Below, in pieces: positions 9,694-19,442 of a stretch of 64,000 bases of DNA. The DNA is from Candidatus Binatia bacterium. GTDB taxonomy: Bacteria; Desulfobacterota; Binatia; Bin18. The DNA lies in NCBI GenBank assembly GCA_963664395.2, contig OY761159.2, positions 2,848,001-2,912,000 on the forward strand, written 5' to 3'. The translations under genes were made by a program, and so were the position numbers. The notes under the pieces were generated by a model. That model was given only the letters and a program-made list of their open reading frames with translations, made no database searches and was not told the DNA's origin. The stretch's first letter is position 1. Each line of letters begins with the position of its first letter.

Positions 9694-10878
9694 TCAGCCC
9701 TTTGGGAGTCCGAGCACCCGATCGCCCAAAATATTCTTTTGTATTTCCGAAGTTCCCCCACCAATCGTCAGTAAGCGGTGCCATAACGCGGCGCGTGGCC
9801 AGCGGCCATTATCGATGGTGTATGGCGAGCCTTGGGTGAGCTGCGCATACGGTCCGAGCAACTCGGTGGCAAACAGGGCAAGCCGCATATTGAGTTCCGA
9901 GCCGGCGAGCTTATTGACTGACCCTTCAGGTCCCGGCGGATTCCCTTTCAGACGTTTGCTGAAGCTGCGGAACATATTGTAGGTGATGGCTTTGCATTCG
10001 ATAGAAAACTGCGCCAGCCGCTGACGCACGGCAGGGTCTTCACAGGCTGGCCGACCGTTGATTTCTACTTCTTTGCTCACCTTGAGTAGCTCAGAGAAAT
10101 GACGGTGGACGGGCAATCCTGATCCAATCCCGGCCCGTTCGTGCATCAACGTGGTCACTAACACTTTCCAGCCTTCATTTTTTGGCCCAACCAGATTTGT
10201 TTTTGGAACGCGCACCTCCTCAAAAAAAACTTCATTAAACTCAGCATCGCCCGTAATCTGGACCAGCGGGCGAACCGTGATGCCGGGCGTCTTCATATCG
10301 ACCACCAGACAGCTAATCCCACGGTGCTTTGGAGCGTCCGGGTCGGTCCGCACAAAGAGTTGAATGAAATCCGCGCGGTGAGCATAGCTGGTCCAGACCT
10401 TCTGGCCGTTGATTACAAAATAATCGCCGTCTTCCACTGCGCGCGTTTGCATTGAAGCCAGGTCGGAGCCTGCCCCAGGCTCCGACAGCCCTTCACACCA
10501 GATTTCGTCAGCAGCCAAAATCCGGGGCAGATAGCGTTGCTTCTGCTCCTCGGTCCCCCAATGAATCAGGGTTGGACCTGACATCAGGAGTCCAAGCGTG
10601 TTGGCAAAGCGGGGCGCATGAGCCTGCTGCATCTCCTGGTTGAAGATGAACATTTCCATCAGGCTGGCGCTCCGCCCGCCATATTCCTCCGGCCAGTGGA
10701 TGCCTACCCAGCGGTTTTTATACGCCGTCTGCTGCCAGGTGCGCTGGTATTCAAAACGCGCGTCTTCATCAATGTCATCAAAATGCGTGGGGTCGTAGCC
10801 TTCAGGCAGGTTGTCTTGGAGCCACGAACGTAGCTCTTGACGGAAGGCATCTTCTTCCGGGGTGAAGTTAAAATCCAT
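9694..10878 (-). CDS. Acyl-CoA dehydrogenase (FadE-like)
   Basis: GLSEPGAGSDLA, NGQKVWTS, FNEVFF, TIGGGTSEIQKN. Confidence 0.92.
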   Translation of the reverse strand: MDFNFTPEEDAFRQELRSWLQDNLPEGYDPTHFDDIDEDARFEYQRTWQQTAYKNRWVGIHWPEEYGGRSASLMEMFIFNQEMQQAHAPRFANTLGLLMSGPTLIHWGTEEQKQRYLPRILAADEIWCEGLSEPGAGSDLASMQTRAVEDGDYFVINGQKVWTSYAHRADFIQLFVRTDPDAPKHRGISCLVVDMKTPGITVRPLVQITGDAEFNEVFFEEVRVPKTNLVGPKNEGWKVLVTTLMHERAGIGSGLPVHRHFSELLKVSKEVEINGRPACEDPAVRQRLAQFSIECKAITYNMFRSFSKRLKGNPPGPEGSVNKLAGSELNMRLALFATELLGPYAQLTQGSPYTIDNGRWPRAALWHRLLTIGGGTSEIQKNILGDRVLGLPKG

Positions 10879-10970
10879 TCCAGTCTCCTTGGCGGCCCTA
10901 CCTTAACCGCTTCATATCTGAGGGTAAAGAGAGCGGAGATACGCGCGGGTTTTTTGATGAGAGCGGACCG

Positions 10971-11008
10971 GCCCTTCGACTTCGCTCCGCTCAGGGTGAA
11001 CGAAGGGC
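10971..11008. repeat. Palindromic extragenic element (CCCTTCGAC...CTCAGGGTGAACG type)
   Basis: GCCCTTCG...CGAAGGGC inverted repeat in an intergenic region. Confidence 0.55.
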
Positions 11009-11019
11009 TGAACGCAGAT

Positions 11020-11045
11020 GCCGGCAGGCTGCCCGCGCTCCCAGG
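11020..11045. repeat. REP-like palindrome, near-identical copy at 56227
   Basis: GCCGGCAGGCTGCCCGCGCTCCC versus GCGGGCAGGCTGCCCGCGCTCCC. Confidence 0.75.
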
Positions 11046-11066
11046 CTGGAACTCCTCCAGGCAGGG

Positions 11067-11303
11067 CTAGTCTTCGGGATACATCTTCTCCAGTTGAGCA
11101 ATGAGGTCAGACTGCGTGCCGAGCTGAATCCCTTCTCCTGTGGGGCTGGATATATTCTCAGCGTCCTGAGCCGGCTTTTCAGCGGCGGGCTGTTTCAGCC
11201 GGGCGATTTCCCGGTCCCTGGCAGCCAGTTGGCTGCGCAAATTATACACCAGCGCTACCAGCTCGCTGTGTGATAATGCGGTTATGTCAAACTCGGATTC
11301 CAC
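11067..11303 (-). CDS. Small coiled-coil hypothetical protein
   Basis: 78-aa ORF with amphipathic heptad stretch LSHSELVALVYNLRSQLAARDREIARLK; GTG start. Confidence 0.55.
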   Translation of the reverse strand: MESEFDITALSHSELVALVYNLRSQLAARDREIARLKQPAAEKPAQDAENISSPTGEGIQLGTQSDLIAQLEKMYPED

Positions 11304-11401
11304 TTCTTTTTTCCATCACAGGCATGGAGGCTGCGCAACCGCGGCTTCTTGCCCCGCTCTCATTTTTGACAAGCCACCACACGCTTGCTACCTCGTCAGG
11401 C

Positions 11402-12481
11402 ATGGATGCAAAACTTCGACCTGCACTTGATGAGGCCGTCACTGAAAAGTGGGGACAAGAGACGCGGATTACTCAGGTTGAGTCATTGGCTGGAGACGCT
11501 TCAAGCCGCAGCTATGCCCGCTTGTCTCTCAGCGGTAGCGGACCGGCTTCAGCCGTGGTCATGATTCTAGCCGGAAGCGGACTGGCCGTATCGTCAGACG
11601 AGTTGGCCGTTTTTGATGAGCCCCTCAAGGAATTGCCGTATCTCAATGTGCATTATTTCCTTGAGCCCCTTGGGGTGCGTGTCCCGCAGCTCTATGTGGA
11701 TGGATACCAGGACGGCTTTCTCCTCCTCGAAGATATTGGTGATGTCCCGTTGCGGGACGCCGTCCAAGACGTGCCACACGCCGAGGTCGAACAGTGGTAT
11801 CGGCGCGCTATTGACCAATTGCTCCTGATTCAAATTAAAGGCACCCGTCAGAAGAACGAGCAGTGCATTGCCTTTCAGCAGCGCTTTGATAAGCGCCTCT
11901 TCTTGTGGGAGTTCGAACATTTTGTGGAGTGGGGCTTGGACAAGCCTGGCAACAAAGCCCTCTCTCACACAGAGATGCACACTCTCACCGCAATGTTTGA
12001 GGCTATTGCGACTCGTCTCGGTCAAGCCACATTTTTTCTCAATCACCGCGATTATCACAGTTGGAATTTATTCGTACAGCAGGACCGCATTCGGGTGATC
12101 GATTTTCAGGACGCCCTGCTCGCTCCGGCCCCCTACGATCTCGCCACGCTGCTGAATGACCGCGATACACCGGAAGTGGTTTCCCCGGATTTGGAAGAGT
12201 CTCTGGTCAATTACTACCACGAGGCGTGGAACCAGAATGGCGGTGACACCCTGTCATCTGAATTAGTGTGGGAAGAGTATAACCTGTGCTTGCTCCAAAA
12301 AGCCTGCAAGGTTGTCGGCCGCTTCTATTATCTGGAGCTGGAAAAAGGCAAGCGCGGCTATACACGCTATATTCCGCCGACACTGGCAACGATCCGCCGG
12401 GTATTGGATCGTCTGCCGCAGTATCAGCACCTGCAAGACATTCTTGCGGATCATTTTCCAGAGCACTTCTCAGGGTCATGA
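11402..12481 (+). CDS. amgK: AmgK-like MurNAc/GlcNAc anomeric kinase (APH family)
   Basis: GDASSRSY, LLEDIGD, HRDYHSWNL, IDFQDA, YDLATLL; overlaps murU. Confidence 0.8.
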   Translation: MDAKLRPALDEAVTEKWGQETRITQVESLAGDASSRSYARLSLSGSGPASAVVMILAGSGLAVSSDELAVFDEPLKELPYLNVHYFLEPLGVRVPQLYVDGYQDGFLLLEDIGDVPLRDAVQDVPHAEVEQWYRRAIDQLLLIQIKGTRQKNEQCIAFQQRFDKRLFLWEFEHFVEWGLDKPGNKALSHTEMHTLTAMFEAIATRLGQATFFLNHRDYHSWNLFVQQDRIRVIDFQDALLAPAPYDLATLLNDRDTPEVVSPDLEESLVNYYHEAWNQNGGDTLSSELVWEEYNLCLLQKACKVVGRFYYLELEKGKRGYTRYIPPTLATIRRVLDRLPQYQHLQDILADHFPEHFSGS

Positions 12482-13224
12482 TGCGCGCGATGATACTCGC
12501 AGCCGGCCTGGGGACCCGGATGCGACCACTGACGGATACGATACCCAAAGCGCTGGTACCGGTCGCAGGCCGACCGTTGATCGAATATGCCTTACTGTTT
12601 GTAAAATCCCACGGCATTAAAGAGGTCGTGATTAACCTCCACCATCTTGGGAACAAGCTCAGAGAAGTGTTGGGCGACGGGAGTTCCCATGGCCTCCGGA
12701 TCATCTATTCCCCGGAAGATTCGCTCCTGGACACTGGCGGCGGGATTAAGAAAGCCCAGCCGTTTCTCGACGACGAACCGTTTCTGGTTTTGAATGCGGA
12801 CACCATTCTTGATTGCGACCTCGCGGCATTTCTGGCCGCCCACCGTCAGGCCAAAGCCATGGGAACGCTGTTGCTCAGACCCAATCCCAATGAGGAGCAA
12901 TACGGTCTGATTGAAACGGACCCACAGGGGGCTATTCGTCGCATTCGAGGCGAACCGAGCGAGGTTGGGGTCAATGCGCCTCTTTCCGCGTTCATGTTTA
13001 CCGGCTGCCAAGTCCTGGAGCCGCGTATTTTTGACGTTATGCCCAGGGGACGTGCCTTCAGTACAACCCATGAGCTGTATCCTCAGCTCATCCGAACAGG
13101 AGAAACGCTACAGAGCTTTGTTCATGCCGGTCCATGGATGGTTGTTGATGACACGGAGGGCATCGCGCGGGCGACCAAAGCGGTTGTCTCCGGCCAACTG
13201 CGCCTGTCCTACCTACGTCCGTAA
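12478..13224 (+). CDS. murU: MurU-like NDP-sugar nucleotidyltransferase
   Basis: AMILAAGLGTRMRPLT...PKAL...LDTGGG...NAD; ATGA overlap with amgK. Confidence 0.8.
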   Translation: MMRAMILAAGLGTRMRPLTDTIPKALVPVAGRPLIEYALLFVKSHGIKEVVINLHHLGNKLREVLGDGSSHGLRIIYSPEDSLLDTGGGIKKAQPFLDDEPFLVLNADTILDCDLAAFLAAHRQAKAMGTLLLRPNPNEEQYGLIETDPQGAIRRIRGEPSEVGVNAPLSAFMFTGCQVLEPRIFDVMPRGRAFSTTHELYPQLIRTGETLQSFVHAGPWMVVDDTEGIARATKAVVSGQLRLSYLRP

Positions 13225-13300
13225 TGAGTCAACGTGCCAGCATCTGCATGTCTGCATGTCTGCATGTCTGCATGTCCGTTGGAGGGCGCGTTTACTCATT
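13223..13300. repeat. ~78-bp element with terminal inverted repeats and internal TCTGCATG tandem units
   Basis: AATGAGTCAACGTGCC...GGCGCGTTTACTCATT (14/16 IR) enclosing about 4 8-bp units; homolog at 35469-35546. Confidence 0.75.
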
Positions 13301-14035
13301 AAACCGTGCTGTGACCAGCGCGGCAAAGTTCGTAAGGCAGCGCTGTGCTGCCGGCGCATTTTGCACGGTCTTGAGCAACCAGTCCTGAAGCGACTGCTCC
13401 GCAGACGGCCAGCGCGGGAAGGATTCAGGGGGCAAAACGGCTGCGAGCGAGGCAATCAGTCCCGCCATAATCGCGGGAGTGAATTCCGGGTGGAATTGGG
13501 TTCCCCATATGCGCTCTTCAAGGGAGAAGGCTTGATAGGTACAGGACTCATTTCGGGCTAGGGCAGTCGCGCCCGGAGGCAGTTCCGTCACCAGTTCCCC
13601 ATGACTCTCCTGCGCCAAAAATGACTCGGGGACGGCTGAGAAGAGGGCGCTCCGTTTCCCTTCTTTCGTTAAGGTGACAGGCACCGTGCCGAGCTCCCAG
13701 CCATGAGGACTTTTTTCAATCGTGCCGCCAAACGTGCGTGCAACGTGCTGATGACCAAAACAGATGCCATAGATGGGGACGGACTGGTCGGCAGCCCGTT
13801 TAAGAAACTCTTCACTCTTGGCCACCCAGGCGTCGGTGTCGTTCGCCGAAGCAGGGGAGCCAGTTACAATGATGCCGGCCCAGTCCGGTTCGGGCAGCGT
13901 TTCCTTCCGTGCATCAACAACAGCACAACGATATTTGCCAAGGACATTGAGGAAGGCCTGCTCGTACCGGCCACACTGCGCTGTCACACCGCGGGGTAAT
14001 TCACCCGTTTTCAGAATGAGGAGTGGTTTCGTCAT
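13292..14035 (-). CDS. Type 1 glutamine amidotransferase-like protein
   Basis: IVTGSP, GICFGHQ, QFHPE catalytic triad motifs. Confidence 0.88.
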   Translation of the reverse strand: MTKPLLILKTGELPRGVTAQCGRYEQAFLNVLGKYRCAVVDARKETLPEPDWAGIIVTGSPASANDTDAWVAKSEEFLKRAADQSVPIYGICFGHQHVARTFGGTIEKSPHGWELGTVPVTLTKEGKRSALFSAVPESFLAQESHGELVTELPPGATALARNESCTYQAFSLEERIWGTQFHPEFTPAIMAGLIASLAAVLPPESFPRWPSAEQSLQDWLLKTVQNAPAAQRCLTNFAALVTARFNE

Positions 14036-14218
14036 ACGTGAGTCTCTTCTTCCGTCTGGTGAAATATAAAGCCCACAGCTCGGATTGGGAACCCGGTAGA
14101 GGGAGGCAAGAATAAAATACGACAAGGGCTAGGCGACACCCCCCCACTCCGCTATTCCTGAGGGGAGCCGTGGCCCCCCAGGGGCTGGGCGCTGTTTCTA
14201 TCAAAAGGAGGGCAGATT

Positions 14219-15094
14219 ATGCGTGACTATACAGTAGACAATATCACCGAAGCGGTTGTGAAAGAGTATGCGAGCAAGACCTCGGACCCACGCATGCAGC
14301 ACATCATCACCAGCCTCATCAAGCACATACACGCCTTCGTGAAGGACGTTGAACTCACCGAGGCGGAATGGTTTGCCGGCATTCAGTTTCTGACAGACAC
14401 GGGCAAAATGTGCGACGCCAAACGGCAGGAGTTTATTCTGCTGTCCGACACGCTCGGGGTGTCCATGTTAGTCGATGCTATTAATCACCCTAAAGATGGT
14501 CTGGGGACCGAATCGACTGTCCTTGGTCCATTCTATGTCGAGGGGGCACCGGAGCATAAGAATGGCGAATCTGTCATCCGAAAAGACATTGGGGCGCGCC
14601 CCACGTTAATAAGGGGCAAAGTCACCGACGCTGAGGGTGCACCAATTGCAGGAGCAACCGTTGACGTATGGCAGACCTCAGCCAACGGCCTGTATGACAT
14701 TCAGGACAAGGACGCACCGGAGTGGAATCTGCGCGGCAGGTTCAAGACTGGGGACGACGGCAGTTATGCGCTCATCTCTGAAACTCCTGTCAGCTATTCG
14801 ATTCCGACCGATGGCCCGGTCGGCCGCATGCTGGACGCAACCGGACGGCACGGCATGCGACCGGCGCATGTGCATTTCATGCTCTCCGCTGACGGCTACC
14901 GGCCCCTGACTACCCATATCTTCGTCAAGGGTGACAACTATCTTGATTCTGACGCGGTGTTCGCCACCAAGCACTCGCTCGTGGCCGACTTCAAGGAATG
15001 CGAGGATGCCCCCTTGGCTGAACGCTATGGCCTCAAGACGCCATTCACCCTGCTGGAATACGACTTCGGTTTGATGCCGGACGCACGTGCGTAA
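14219..15094 (+). CDS. Intradiol ring-cleavage dioxygenase (hydroxyquinol/catechol 1,2-dioxygenase)
   Basis: EFILLSDTLG, LGPFY, DVWQ...GLY, YSIPTDGPVG, RPAHVH. Confidence 0.92.
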   Translation: MRDYTVDNITEAVVKEYASKTSDPRMQHIITSLIKHIHAFVKDVELTEAEWFAGIQFLTDTGKMCDAKRQEFILLSDTLGVSMLVDAINHPKDGLGTESTVLGPFYVEGAPEHKNGESVIRKDIGARPTLIRGKVTDAEGAPIAGATVDVWQTSANGLYDIQDKDAPEWNLRGRFKTGDDGSYALISETPVSYSIPTDGPVGRMLDATGRHGMRPAHVHFMLSADGYRPLTTHIFVKGDNYLDSDAVFATKHSLVADFKECEDAPLAERYGLKTPFTLLEYDFGLMPDARA

Positions 15095-15104
15095 CCCGCG
15101 TCCG

Positions 15105-16208
15105 TTACCTTTTTCTGTGATCCCGCTCTTGGCCTGGCTCTTTGGGGTGAGCATACGGATGCGGGCGGTCCATTTGGACGTCAAAGGGGATATCGGCTAA
15201 ACGCTGCATACTGTCTGTATACGCGGCGATGAGGCGGTCTTCGGCCTCATAGTTAAACGGGTCTTGCAGGCGTTTTTCAATTTCCCCACCCCGTTCAGGC
15301 TGGTTGACCAGATACCACTCAACCGTTTTTTCTATGGCCTCTTCGACGGGGTAGAGATCCGCGTAACCCAGTTGGTTTTTGATCTTGGTGAGGTCAACAA
15401 CGCGGTGGTGCGAGGTTTCCTGCATGGTGTAGGGACGCGCCGGGCGCGCTAGGTCGTTGGGCATGCTGATAATGTCCCACTCATAATTCATGGCTTTGGA
15501 GATTACTTCGATCACCTGATGGATCGTGAGCTGACTTTCATCGCCGCAGTTGTAGAGTTGCCCGGCTGATGCCTCGGGCTGATCAACCGCCAGCAGAACG
15601 GCGTGGGCCAGATTTGCAGCATACCCATGCGTAAAAAGCGTCAACCCGCCATCGGCGACGATCATATGCGGACGCTTATCGAGAATACGCCGTATCACAC
15701 ACCACTCGCGTGGAACGAGCTGATAGGGACCGTAGACGTAGGGATAGCGGAAGTAGGCCGCGGTGGGATGGCGTTCCAACACGGCTTGTTCGGTTTGGGC
15801 GATCAGATAGGCAAAGCGGAGTTCTTCTTCACTCTCAACAACGGGTGCGTCTTCGGTAACCGCCACTTTGAGCCCGACGGGAGAGAGCACGGAGGGGTCC
15901 ATATAACCTCGATAACTGGCCACACCACCAACACCGACAAAACGTCCGATTTTGCCGACGAGCGCCTCGGCAATAAAGCGAATACGCCCGTAGGTGACTA
16001 CGGCAAGATCAAACGTTCGGCCAGCCAGGGCGTCGTCTATGGTTTCCCGGAAATGCGGATCACCGTGGATATGTTCGACTTCAGGCGGGGTCTCGGGAAT
16101 CTCGTGCGTCCCGCGATGAAAAATCGTGACCTCATAGCCCCGCTCCATCAGGCCATTCACAATAAAGGGTCCGGTCGGCCCCGTGCCCCCAACAACCAGT
16201 GCTTTCAT
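15105..16208 (-). CDS. NAD-dependent epimerase/dehydratase family protein
   Basis: VVGGTGPTG, FHRG, RYPYVYGP, NLAHA; extended SDR pattern. Confidence 0.75.
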   Translation of the reverse strand: MKALVVGGTGPTGPFIVNGLMERGYEVTIFHRGTHEIPETPPEVEHIHGDPHFRETIDDALAGRTFDLAVVTYGRIRFIAEALVGKIGRFVGVGGVASYRGYMDPSVLSPVGLKVAVTEDAPVVESEEELRFAYLIAQTEQAVLERHPTAAYFRYPYVYGPYQLVPREWCVIRRILDKRPHMIVADGGLTLFTHGYAANLAHAVLLAVDQPEASAGQLYNCGDESQLTIHQVIEVISKAMNYEWDIISMPNDLARPARPYTMQETSHHRVVDLTKIKNQLGYADLYPVEEAIEKTVEWYLVNQPERGGEIEKRLQDPFNYEAEDRLIAAYTDSMQRLADIPFDVQMDRPHPYAHPKEPGQERDHRKR

Positions 16209-16292
16209 AGTGCTCCTTATTCCCCTACCTCGGCATCACTGATAGTGTCGTGCGTGGGAAGATACGCGTGCGCTCCCCGCCTCCCTGACATC

Positions 16293-16628
16293 CTAGTACA
16301 CCCCTAATTTCTGCTGTTCTCGGTCGTATGCCTCATTTATCCGTTTCCAATGGTGCGGACGGATGTTCAGTCCTATGGGCTGCTCGTCATCCCCAAACCA
16401 CCCTTTTACGCTTCGAGTCATTTTTGAATACAGAGACTCTTGCTCTTTTTTCCCCTTCTTCGTCTTGCGAGTTGACTGCCAGCCAAACTCACGTTTTACT
16501 TCGGCCCATACACCTTCATCTTGCTGCGTCAGGTGCGGACGGTACGGCAAGCGTTCCGTGTGCGAGACACACCCCAAGGAGAGGCTCACACCGAGCAGGA
16601 GAAAGACACATCCCTTCGCAATGTCCAT
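16293..16628 (-). CDS. Hypothetical lipoprotein
   Basis: Hydrophobic N-terminus with lipobox-like SLGC. Confidence 0.5.
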   Translation of the reverse strand: MDIAKGCVFLLLGVSLSLGCVSHTERLPYRPHLTQQDEGVWAEVKREFGWQSTRKTKKGKKEQESLYSKMTRSVKGWFGDDEQPIGLNIRPHHWKRINEAYDREQQKLGVY

Positions 16629-16825
16629 GGTATGGCAGCCTACCACATGCATCATTACGGACAAACTCTACGCTGGACCAATTCATGCGGCGCTCGGTCT
16701 CCGGTCTTGTTTTAAGACATATCCCCTCCATTCTGGTGTTACTTTTTATGACACCGTGAACGGATATTATTGTCTCGTACGGCCCTATCTAGCTAATAAT
16801 ACTCACATTTATTTTCTCTCTGCTG

Positions 16826-16842
16826 CTGGCATGCTTTCTGCT
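16826..16842 (+). promoter_or_regulatory. Putative sigma-54 (-24/-12) promoter
   Basis: CTGGCATGCTTTCTGCT has exact GG-N10-GC spacing; AT-rich upstream tract; 65 bp before ATG 16907. Confidence 0.6.
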
Positions 16843-16906
16843 CTCCTTCATGATGGACCAGGAAGACACACGGCATTGCCTTCCTGAGCAGACGGAAGGG
16901 AGAAAC

Positions 16907-17344
16907 ATGGCTACAGAAGGGCAATTTGCACCAGCGCTCGACGCGGACATCATCGTTCCCTCACAGTATTTTGATCGGGTTCGGTCCGAGGAATCTGCCC
17001 AGCCTGAGAAGCGTCTGATGCTCGCAGTCATGGAAAACGCGATTGCGACCTTCCAGAATTCGATTTCCGGCGCAACCCGCCGTCAACGCCGTCTCCTCAA
17101 AGAGACGGAAGAATGGATGTACTCAGGCGACATCAGTTGGCCATTCTCGTTTGAGAATATTTGTGCTTTGCTCGGTATTGAGGCCGATTATCTCCGCAAC
17201 GGGCTCGCCAAGTGGAAAAAGACACAGCTTACGCAGGATGGAACGCAGGGAGAAGCTGTAGCCCACTTCCCACTCCGACGCATGAGTGGCCGGCGCCACG
17301 CGTTGTCGACCTACACGTCCTCTGCGCAGGCGAGGGCGGCCTGA
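16907..17344 (+). CDS. Conserved hypothetical protein (PEKRLMLAV...WPFSFENIC family)
   Basis: GGGAGA RBS; motifs PxQYF, PEKRLMLAV, EEW, WPFSFENICxxLG recalled from an uncharacterised multicopy family. Confidence 0.7.
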   Translation: MATEGQFAPALDADIIVPSQYFDRVRSEESAQPEKRLMLAVMENAIATFQNSISGATRRQRRLLKETEEWMYSGDISWPFSFENICALLGIEADYLRNGLAKWKKTQLTQDGTQGEAVAHFPLRRMSGRRHALSTYTSSAQARAA

Positions 17345-17352
17345 AAGTCCGC

Positions 17353-18129
17353 TTACGAGGGAGCCGAGAGCTGAGTCCCCACTGAGTCCTCGGCTTCGTC
17401 CTCAAGAAAAGACGTGGACTGTCCGGCAGCCGCGTCGTACTGCTGCTGGGTTATCCGACCGCGCATCAACTCGACGCGCAGAAAAAGAAAATAGGTTTGG
17501 ATGACATCGGAGCGACAATAGCGGTGAATGTCGTCCAAACGTCCGTCCTCCCATAATTGCTGGACCATCGAGCCATCAATGCCGGTTTTCCCCGGCAGTC
17601 CGATCAGCTTGGCCAGGGCGTTAAAGCCACCCCGCAGACGGTGGACTCCGTAGTTGGTCAGAAAATCGTACAGATCATAGTGGCCTTCGTCAGAGAAACG
17701 GTAGCGGGCCTTCCCATTAAAGTAGCGGGGAATGCGGCAGCCATACTTGAGCGCTTGCAGCTCCAACACGGACAGGTCGAAACTACGCCCGTTGAAACTG
17801 ACCAGAGCGCCTGAGAAGCGTTCCTGCCGTTCCCAGAACGCTCGCACTAAGGCTTCCTCGGCCGTATCTGCTTGAACGGTGTCCGGAGCATGAATCGTCT
17901 CGACTGCTGTCAGCACGCGCTCTTCATTCACCTGCCCAACCGCGATGGAAATGGGCAGGTGAAAAGACAGCGGGAAAAAATCATTGCCCTGCTCTTCACG
18001 CAGGCGTTGTTGCATCCGGCGGTAGACATCGTCGTCCGACAGGCCCTCTTCTGCCGCCTGCGGGAAATAGACGGCCTGCACCAGACTCTTGTCTATGCGT
18101 GTCTCAATATCGAAAACAGTGTAACGCAT
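17353..18129 (-). CDS. Stand-alone 3'-5' exonuclease (PolB-exo/DnaQ-like)
   Basis: VFDIET (ExoI), SFNGRSFD (ExoII), YCRSDV (ExoIII). Confidence 0.85.
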   Translation of the reverse strand: MRYTVFDIETRIDKSLVQAVYFPQAAEEGLSDDDVYRRMQQRLREEQGNDFFPLSFHLPISIAVGQVNEERVLTAVETIHAPDTVQADTAEEALVRAFWERQERFSGALVSFNGRSFDLSVLELQALKYGCRIPRYFNGKARYRFSDEGHYDLYDFLTNYGVHRLRGGFNALAKLIGLPGKTGIDGSMVQQLWEDGRLDDIHRYCRSDVIQTYFLFLRVELMRGRITQQQYDAAAGQSTSFLEDEAEDSVGTQLSAPS

Positions 18130-18196
18130 ACGAAAAACCCACTCCGTGCAATCCGCCGCCGGGCTCGCTCCGGAGAACCAAACCCGTGACTCCGCC

Positions 18197-19192
18197 TCAG
18201 GCGATAAAGCGGATGGTTGGTTCGTCCTCGACCCGCCGAACCTTGCCGTCGTACATAAGCAGGTGCAGATGGGCTAATGTCTCAAACGTGGCCGCAAACA
18301 CGTGGAAGATCGGCATGTCTGCATTCAAATCAAACACCTTTGACGCGACTTCGTAGGCAGAATGCGCTTTCCCGTGAATGATGTCGTGCATCTCATCCAA
18401 ACGGTATTTGTGATGCTGAATAATCTGCTTGGCACGGTAACGGTGATCCTTAAACACGCCACCGTGTGCCGGCAAAACGAGCTCAACGTCAAAGCCCTGA
18501 ATTTTCTCCTGGGAATCAAGAAAATCCTGTAAGGGATTGTCCGGCCCGGCGTAGTACACGCCAACGTGGGGCGTAATCTTGGGGAGGAGATGATCTCCCA
18601 CGATCATGACCTTATCCTCGGGCAAGTAGATACAGCAGTGGCCTTGAGTATGGCCAGGCGTCCATACTATCCGGAGCTCACGTTTCCCTACGTATACAGA
18701 TTCGCCGTCACGAATAAAATGATCTGGTTTGGCCGGCATATAGCGAGAGCCGTAAAAGCTGCCTGGGGTTGGAAGCTGCTCAGGGGAGTCTAACGGGATG
18801 CCGTGTTGCTGAAAAAAAGCGAACGCCTCAGGCAGGCGCTCGGTAGACTGCAGACGTTCGACTCGGGACAGTTCCAGTTCATTCAGGTAGACTTCAGCAC
18901 CGGTCAATTCCTGGTATGCCTGCGACGTGCCAAAGTGATCGGCATGATGGTGGGTCGAGATGAGGGTGCGGATAGATGCCGGCTGACAGCCGACTTCGGC
19001 GAGAGCGGATTTGAGCGTGGCAATGCTGTCTTCCGTGTGCATCCCGGTATCGATCAACGCCCATTCATCATCGTCTCTGACAAGATAGACATTGACAATG
19101 CTCGGACGCATCGGGAGCGGCAAAAACAGTTGGTATACGCCTGAGGCAACTTCGTGGATCTTCGTTTCGGTCTTCACTTCAGTGTGATTCAT
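18197..19192 (-). CDS. MBL-fold metallo-hydrolase
   Basis: LIDTG, THHHADHFG, TPGHTQGH, GDH, PAHG. Confidence 0.9.
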   Translation of the reverse strand: MNHTEVKTETKIHEVASGVYQLFLPLPMRPSIVNVYLVRDDDEWALIDTGMHTEDSIATLKSALAEVGCQPASIRTLISTHHHADHFGTSQAYQELTGAEVYLNELELSRVERLQSTERLPEAFAFFQQHGIPLDSPEQLPTPGSFYGSRYMPAKPDHFIRDGESVYVGKRELRIVWTPGHTQGHCCIYLPEDKVMIVGDHLLPKITPHVGVYYAGPDNPLQDFLDSQEKIQGFDVELVLPAHGGVFKDHRYRAKQIIQHHKYRLDEMHDIIHGKAHSAYEVASKVFDLNADMPIFHVFAATFETLAHLHLLMYDGKVRRVEDEPTIRFIA

Positions 19193-19401
19193 TCGTGTAT
19201 GCTGTCCTTAATGGGAAACGTTGCTTTTATTTTCACCTTCCAGCGGGCTATCACTCCATCTTCGACAATCGCGGTAATGTCTGAGACCTGGACCTCGTAG
19301 ATGCCACTAATCGTGACGGCTGCCCGGGAGACGGCAAGGGATACCGCGTCTTCAATACTGGTTGACGACAGACCTGTCAGTTCAATCGTTTTCTCGACCA
19401 T
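19189..19401 (-). CDS. Dodecin family protein
   Basis: VEKTIELTGLSSTSIEDAV...WKVKIKATF; GGAGG RBS. Confidence 0.8.
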   Translation of the reverse strand: MVEKTIELTGLSSTSIEDAVSLAVSRAAVTISGIYEVQVSDITAIVEDGVIARWKVKIKATFPIKDSIHE

Positions 19402-19442
19402 ATGCCCTCCTTGTGTCGTACTCACTGCATGCTCACTGATAG

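Noticed and set aside
11270-11401. N-terminal extension of amgK
   Set aside because: Overlaps a divergent ORF and contains a TTGACA -35-like box; ATG 11402 is the more plausible start
13241-13276. Possible CRISPR array
   Set aside because: Contiguous 8-bp tandem units with no spacers and no cas genes
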